Of a stretch of 64,000 nt of DNA, positions 58,011 through 64,000 are shown in pieces (within the stretch, counting starts at the first letter, position 1; each line of letters opens with the position of its first letter). The stretch spans positions 3,721,363-3,785,362 of the forward strand of contig NW_003314267.1 in the NCBI RefSeq assembly GCF_000143415.4. The letters run 5' to 3'. This DNA is from Selaginella moellendorffii (taxonomy: Eukaryota > Plantae > Lycopodiophyta). The notes beneath the pieces were generated by a model that was not told where the DNA came from, searched no databases, and saw only the letters and a program-made list of their open reading frames with translations. The position numbers and the translations under genes were made by a program.

Positions 58011-61000
58011 TACTTTTAAGCATATAGGGGAAAAGATTCTTTTCCTACCTATCTATTTAATTGAGTTTAATTGCTTTTATATATTGCTCAATATATAATT
58101 GTAGGTCCTCTCATTTAATTTCAAAATGGATATGTGATGATAGTGCCTATTACCGTTTTTGTAATTGCCATCACGCTAATTGCAATTTGAAAAGAATGCT
58201 TTGTTTTACAACTAGTTTAAGCAAAATAAGTGTTTATATTGTAGGGGAATTTGGATCACTATCAGAGGGTAAATATTGTAAATTTAGCTCTTTTTCTTTT
58301 TGTGGGGAATCACTCCAATTGTTTTGTGTTCCACTACTCTCAATTAAAGTAGAAGTATTTTCTATGTGTCAATGCTGCTAAGGAGAAATAGCATATGGAT
58401 TCATATATTTTGGATGACCGTCAAAGTCATATTAGGAATTTTGATCTCCTCTACTTTGTTGAGGTATATTTAATATGCTTTCAACTCACTCTCTTTCAAA
58501 CTTTTTTTCAGCTTGATTGAGCAATGATTTGGTCTGTTCTGAAAGAAGGTTAAGATTATAAATATCACGAGCAAGTGTTTTATAATCTTGTTTTAGATCT
58601 TGTAAATATTTCTTTTTAGATTGCCTTCTGCTCATTAGATTGTGAAAGGAAATATTATATATTTATCATTTTGTTTTATAGACAGTGACAATTTTATATA
58701 TAGAAACTACGCCCTTTAAAGCTTCTATGCTTATATATTTTTTCATGTCTATTAGCATTGCTCCTATGGCAAACCTAGATATTATACCTCGTTTGTTAAA
58801 TGAGTGGTACAAGGTTTTGGTGTGTAATGTATTCCCCTTGTAGATTAGATTATCAATCATTTATAGGAGTAAACATTTAGCTTCCAAATCAATTTTGAAA
58901 TGAGGAAATCTTTCTTTTATAAGCTAAATGTATACGACATTTTTTATATGGAAGTCTTAGAAATTTTTCATGCAACAAATGTTGTCTTTCACAATGTATC
59001 TATCTTGCTCATATGTAATTTAATTTAAGAGATTTTTACTTCATAAAATTTTGTTGCTTATCAATTTAAATTCAGGATTGATTTAACATCTATTAGCCTA
59101 ATTATCAGTAAATGTATTTTTGCCTATGGGTATCTAAAGTTTATTATGAACTGTTTAAGTTCCTACAATATCTTCTTTGTCTAAGATTGCTTAGAATTTT
59201 AGCAATTGTTTAGTAAGCAAAATTTTATAAATCCTTTAGAAGTTATAATACTTAGGATTTGTGTTTATCTTGGATAAGTAAAATATCTCTCTATCTAGGA
59301 AAAATCTTAGTACTTTTTTTCTTTGTATAAATAACTCTACAGATATAAGTCTCACTTATACTGTGTACCTACAAAGTAATCTAAGTGTATTATCATACTT
59401 GTTTTGACAATAGTAAAGGTACTAAGAGTTAGATTTCTATATATTTTAAACAAAATATTATTAAATACTTTTTTTTGTAATTCGTCGAGCTATTTAAGCA
59501 ATTTCGTTAAATCTATCATTTGCTAGCCTAGTTAGACACATAAGATATTTTAGTTTTTGCTTTCTTATACTTTTGTCTAGTCACACAGAGTTGGGATCAA
59601 CCAACTATAAGTATAAGTCTATAAACAAAATGTATCTTCTGATACGTGTGGTGGATTGCTAGTAAACATTTTTATTTTGCTTACCCCAATTCCCTTGTTC
59701 AACTTCTATTAGAACTATGAAGGGTCATCAATTTTCAATCTTTCCACCTAGGTGTACAAGAGGACCTTTCCTTTCTACCCATGCCTAATGCGGTTAAGAT
59801 TAATTTAGTGCATAGTTTCTTGTGCAAAATAATGAATTTTAGAGTAGCTTGCTTACTTCATAATGGGTCTTACCCTCTAGCTTATAGTTAATTTTGCCCT
59901 TACAACTATGGAATTAGAAAATGTAACTTATTATTCTTAGTAAATTTTAGGCAAACCTTTTTTAAATGGATCAACATTAATTTGAATGAGGCATGGAGGT
60001 CATTCCGTGAAATTGTCATATGAAATCAACAAAAGGGTCAAATTGTCTAGCACATGATAGCTTATTCTAGATTAATTTGTTTGTGGAATGATGTTAAGTA
60101 GCTTTTTAAATATGTGATAGCTAATTCATGGAGGACTTTACTTCAGATTTAGACAAAAATTACTTTTCAAGGCATATTTTTCTCTAGCCTTTTCGTCAAC
60201 GGGTGATAATAGTCAATACAAGTTTTTGTTCAAGTTTGTATGACAAATTTTTGAGCTTTATAATGTATTTCAAAATTTCTAGTTTTAGATAAAACCCTTT
60301 TTATCTATAAGCTTATTCTAATTCTTTAGATACAATAGTAATGTTTCCAAGACTAACGCCTACACCTAGTAGTAAGCTCTATAGCTCTTTATTCTATATT
60401 TATGGTGTGAAGCCTCTCAACTACTTCATCTGGCAAAAACTCAATTAGCATATGGGGTGATCTGTGCATTCTAAACGTAGGCAAAAATTAAACTATAACT
60501 CTTACTAAAGTAGTTATATAATTTTGTTTATGTGGAAAATATTCACTAAGTGGAAATTCTCTCTTGTAAGGAGGTATATATAATTGTTGATTACATCTCA
60601 TAAGGGTGGTTAACACCTTGCAAATGGTGTTTCACACTTAGAATGGTGAGTATTTCCCCTAGCAATTAAATGTCACTTAACTAATCTAAAGGATGGATTT
60701 TCCCACCTATTCACTTATATATTTACTTTTTGTTTATGCTTCACTTTAGGGGATATAGGGTGTATTTCATGTAATTGCCCTTGATTCCTCCCTATGAGGT
60801 TGGATGTGATGTGAGTGCTCTCAAAATGTATAAGAGAGTGACACCTTTCACACTGAGCAATATTTATAATTTGAGTAAGCTCTTTACGTATAAAAGATGA
60901 GCTTTGATTAATTTGCCTAGATGTACTAAGTGTAGAGCAATTCATGATAATTGCTTTTGAATTTTTGACTTGTGAGTCTTGTTTAAGCCTCATAGGCTTT

Positions 61001-62297
61001 TGCAATATATGTAGGAGACTTAAATTTGGGACAAGTCTACTCTTAAACCATGTCTGAGTAGTTTTCCAAGTTAAAGGACCTTGGTTGAGACAACACAATG
61101 TTTTAATGGTGATTTTACCTTTGTTAAAGCCTCGTAAAATTTTGGTGAATAATTTTCCAATTTGTTCTTCACTAAGGCTGGCTCTAGCTTTCTTTAAACT
61201 AGAGTTGAAGATAAAAGTTATAGGTGCCCAATTTTCCTGCTTGTATATGCCTAAAACAATTGTGACATTCTGCTGAAAAATATATCCTTTAAAAACCCAA
61301 ATGAGAATTTACTCAAAAGTAAAGAAATTTCGAGTAGTTAATTATGTTTTCCAAAGCAAATAAACTCCTTTCCTTCTTTTTTTAATTTTTATCAAGAAAT
61401 TATTGGCTAAATAATTTGAACTTGAGTTTATTGGCAACGTATGCCGAACTAGACAAAGGTAGTTTTTCAAAGGAAAACAAGGCTTAATGCAATAGTGCCG
61501 ACCTAAGGTATGGTTTTTCAAGCTCTAATTTGTGCCAATTTCAAACTTGTCCCATACTCTGTGGCTTAGGTGACAAATCTTTCTTGCGTTGTTTGGGCAC
61601 TAAACTATTGCAATCACAAAAAAACTCTTTTGTTCAGTGTTGTCTAGGTTTGCAATCACTAAAGAGATCTACTTATGATTCTTAGTGTTAGGCATGTTTA
61701 GAATTCACAAGCAATTTTCTTCCAGCTGTTTTTCAAATCAAAGAGTGACGGTTTATCCCAAAGTGGTCATCAAAAGTGAATAAAACGTTTTCTACTTATA
61801 CTTGCTTTTTTGCTCTTATTTATAAAATATTGACAAACAAATAGAAACAAGAACATAGAGAAGAGAAGAAAAAAAAAAGAATGAGAAGAGAATAAAAAAA
61901 TGAATTTTGCTTTGAACCCCAAAGACGTGAGTAAGGATAAACATATATCACTCTCTCAACTCTACTTTGCACAAACAGTCATAAATAAAAGAAAAAATAG
62001 TTAATTCAATGTAAATGCATATAACAGTCAGTTAAGGTTATTTTCCAGCACGTCTAAGTACTAAAAATCATTTCAATCGACAAAAATGGGTCTATGATTC
62101 ACCTATATATTACATAATTTTATAACCGTTTCTAATTGTTTCACGTTTATCTATGACGAGTGTTGTATAAGTCAAATCTTTCTTTTTTGGATGCCTAAGC
62201 TTAAACATAACTCCATTTCATTTAAGCTTTTCTTCTTTTGCTTTATTTGGGATGATACACAAAATAAAACATTTACCTCTTCATCACATACTATAGT

Positions 62298-62400
62298 CTT
62301 TTTTGAGACAACATGGAAAGAAATTTATTTACTTAAGGCTTAGTGGGGGAATTGAGAACTCTTTTGAGACAACGTGGAAAGAAATTTATTTGCTTAAGGC
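62298..62400. repeat. Two-copy ~40-bp direct repeat
   Basis: TTTTGAGACAAC(A/G)TGGAAAGAAATTTATTT(A/G)CTTAAGGC occurs twice. Confidence 0.7.
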
Positions 62401-63465
62401 CTAATAAGGTTGTTTTTAGAACTCATTACTTTTCTACATCTCATGAGCTTTTAAAGAACACAATGAAATACATATGGCATTGTAGTATATATGGTTTTCA
62501 CCTTTTACTCTATGGTGATTTATTATAAGATAATTATGAAGCAAAACATAACCCTTGAACACATGGGCCAAAGATAGTGGAATGGAATCTAAGTTTAAAG
62601 ACCTTAGGCCATTGAAAGAAGGGACAGAGTCAAACTCTTAAGCTATAGTCAAAGAGTGAAGAAACTAGAAAATGGAATAACCATAAGCATTCAACTTAAA
62701 GAGAAAAGGGATAGAAGCATGAAGAAACATTAGGATAATCCTATAGTCAATGCCAAAACCAATATATAAAATAGAGATAAATAAAGTTATGCATCATTTC
62801 ATCATATTAGTGGCCTAATGTACTTCACCAACTAACATGGTATGGAGCTTAGGTTTATACCCAAGCCAGACATAGAACAAGAATAGACATACAAATAAAA
62901 AACTATACTATGCCTCAAGTTGGTTGGCCATACCCAACCTATCTATTGTCAAACCACCTTGCTCCCTCTTTATAACTTTGAACACACACTTTGGGCTTTC
63001 ACTCTAGTCCCAAGAGTTAGTCTTTGGGACAATCACAAAAACTTATTAAATATGGAATAATACTAGATTGCAAATTTGAAGATAGAAATACATTGTGTTT
63101 AGGACAATTTTTACATTTCATAAATATGTTTAACTAGTAAATCTAAACACTTTTTATAAATAGCCAATAGGACCAAATAAAACCAACACATTAGTGAGAG
63201 TGTCTTAGCAAATATGGTAAGTTATCACTTAACAAGTATTGAGGGGCCAAGCTCAATATCACAGGGGTTCTTGTCAAACTAGTGCAAGATGGAGCAAAAT
63301 AAAATTAACAAATTAGACCAAGTATGCTTAGGTAAATAGATACTTAGGAATTTCTTTCTTACGTCCAGATGCTAAATCTAATTTATTAACACTTGAATAA
63401 GAGGGACTGATAAAAGAAATTAGCAATACTAACTTCATACCATTATGACAGTAAAGAAAGAATAT

Positions 63466-63684
63466 TCAAAAAAACGTGCTGATAAGTAGCTTTTGATACC
63501 TACAGTCATATTCATAACATGCATGCACTCGTGTTATGCCAATTTTGAACAACACACATAAATTGCAGATGAAAGATGAAATTTTCCAAATACAAGCTTT
63601 GCCTTTTATGTATTTAAGCATCATCATATTGTATAACAAATTATAACAAAGTTGTGAATGGGAATGGTGTCCACACCTTGACAA
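63466..63684 (-). mobile_element. Possible decayed Mutator/FAR1-type DNA-binding domain remnant
   Basis: KACIWKISS...LFKIGITRVHAC resembles the C.W.I....F.I.....H.C pattern; weak. Confidence 0.25.
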
Positions 63685-64000
63685 AGTGCTAATGTATAAA
63701 GTTGAATTTTATTTCCATCAAAGTTACCCTTCAGACAGATTATATAAACCTTATATATAGTGCCACCAAATGAAGGCCTTGATTGTCATCTAGCTTCCAG
63801 ATCCAGCAGTGCTATAAATTTTTTTTCCATAACTTGCACCTAATTCTTGCTCACGGATCTATCCAAGTGATTAGTCCAATCTCCTGACACTCCCACAACT
63901 AGGCCATACACATGAATTTCTAGATTGCTAAAAGCCACTAAGAATGTATATCACTTTGTGAGATTGAAGGAGATCCAAGCTTATTCCTTATTGTTCTGAT

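Noticed and set aside
58010-62200. Short ORFs in AT-rich DNA
   Set aside because: Probably decayed TE sequence; no diagnostic motifs or termini identified.

Overview
Eukaryotic plant genomic DNA. Very short GT-AG introns (~50-60 nt), an hslU gene and the style of the PPR genes suggest a Selaginella-like lycophyte (inference). The first ~21.5 kb is gene-dense: spliced hslU with a mitochondrial-type presequence, an intronless GDSL lipase, four tandem PPR genes, a chimeric PPR-UAP pseudogene, UDP-GlcNAc pyrophosphorylase, and PARG head-to-head with a macrodomain gene. From 22.3 to 47.8 kb is a transposon nest. It holds a young Ty3/gypsy element (174-bp LTRs, 4-bp TSD) and an older, heavily C>T/G>A-mutated copy of the same family. 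The older copy is interrupted by two solo LTRs, a Cassandra-like TRIM with 5S-derived LTRs, and a 12.5-kb TIR DNA transposon with a Sola-like transposase. That transposon is the most unusual object here. It carries a divergently transcribed multi-exon cargo gene (ParB-like motif, degenerate beta-class DNA-methyltransferase-like region, acidic linker, FCP1-like domain) and about 20 copies of a 22-bp palindrome, ATGGCRTG-N6-CAYGCCAT, concentrated in its introns, UTRs and ends. A decayed gene with a similar ParB-like/PHD/N6-N4-methyltransferase layout lies at ~49.5-52.8 kb. The rest is AT-rich decayed repeats and pseudogene fragments. All domain calls were made by eye from motifs; no searches were run.
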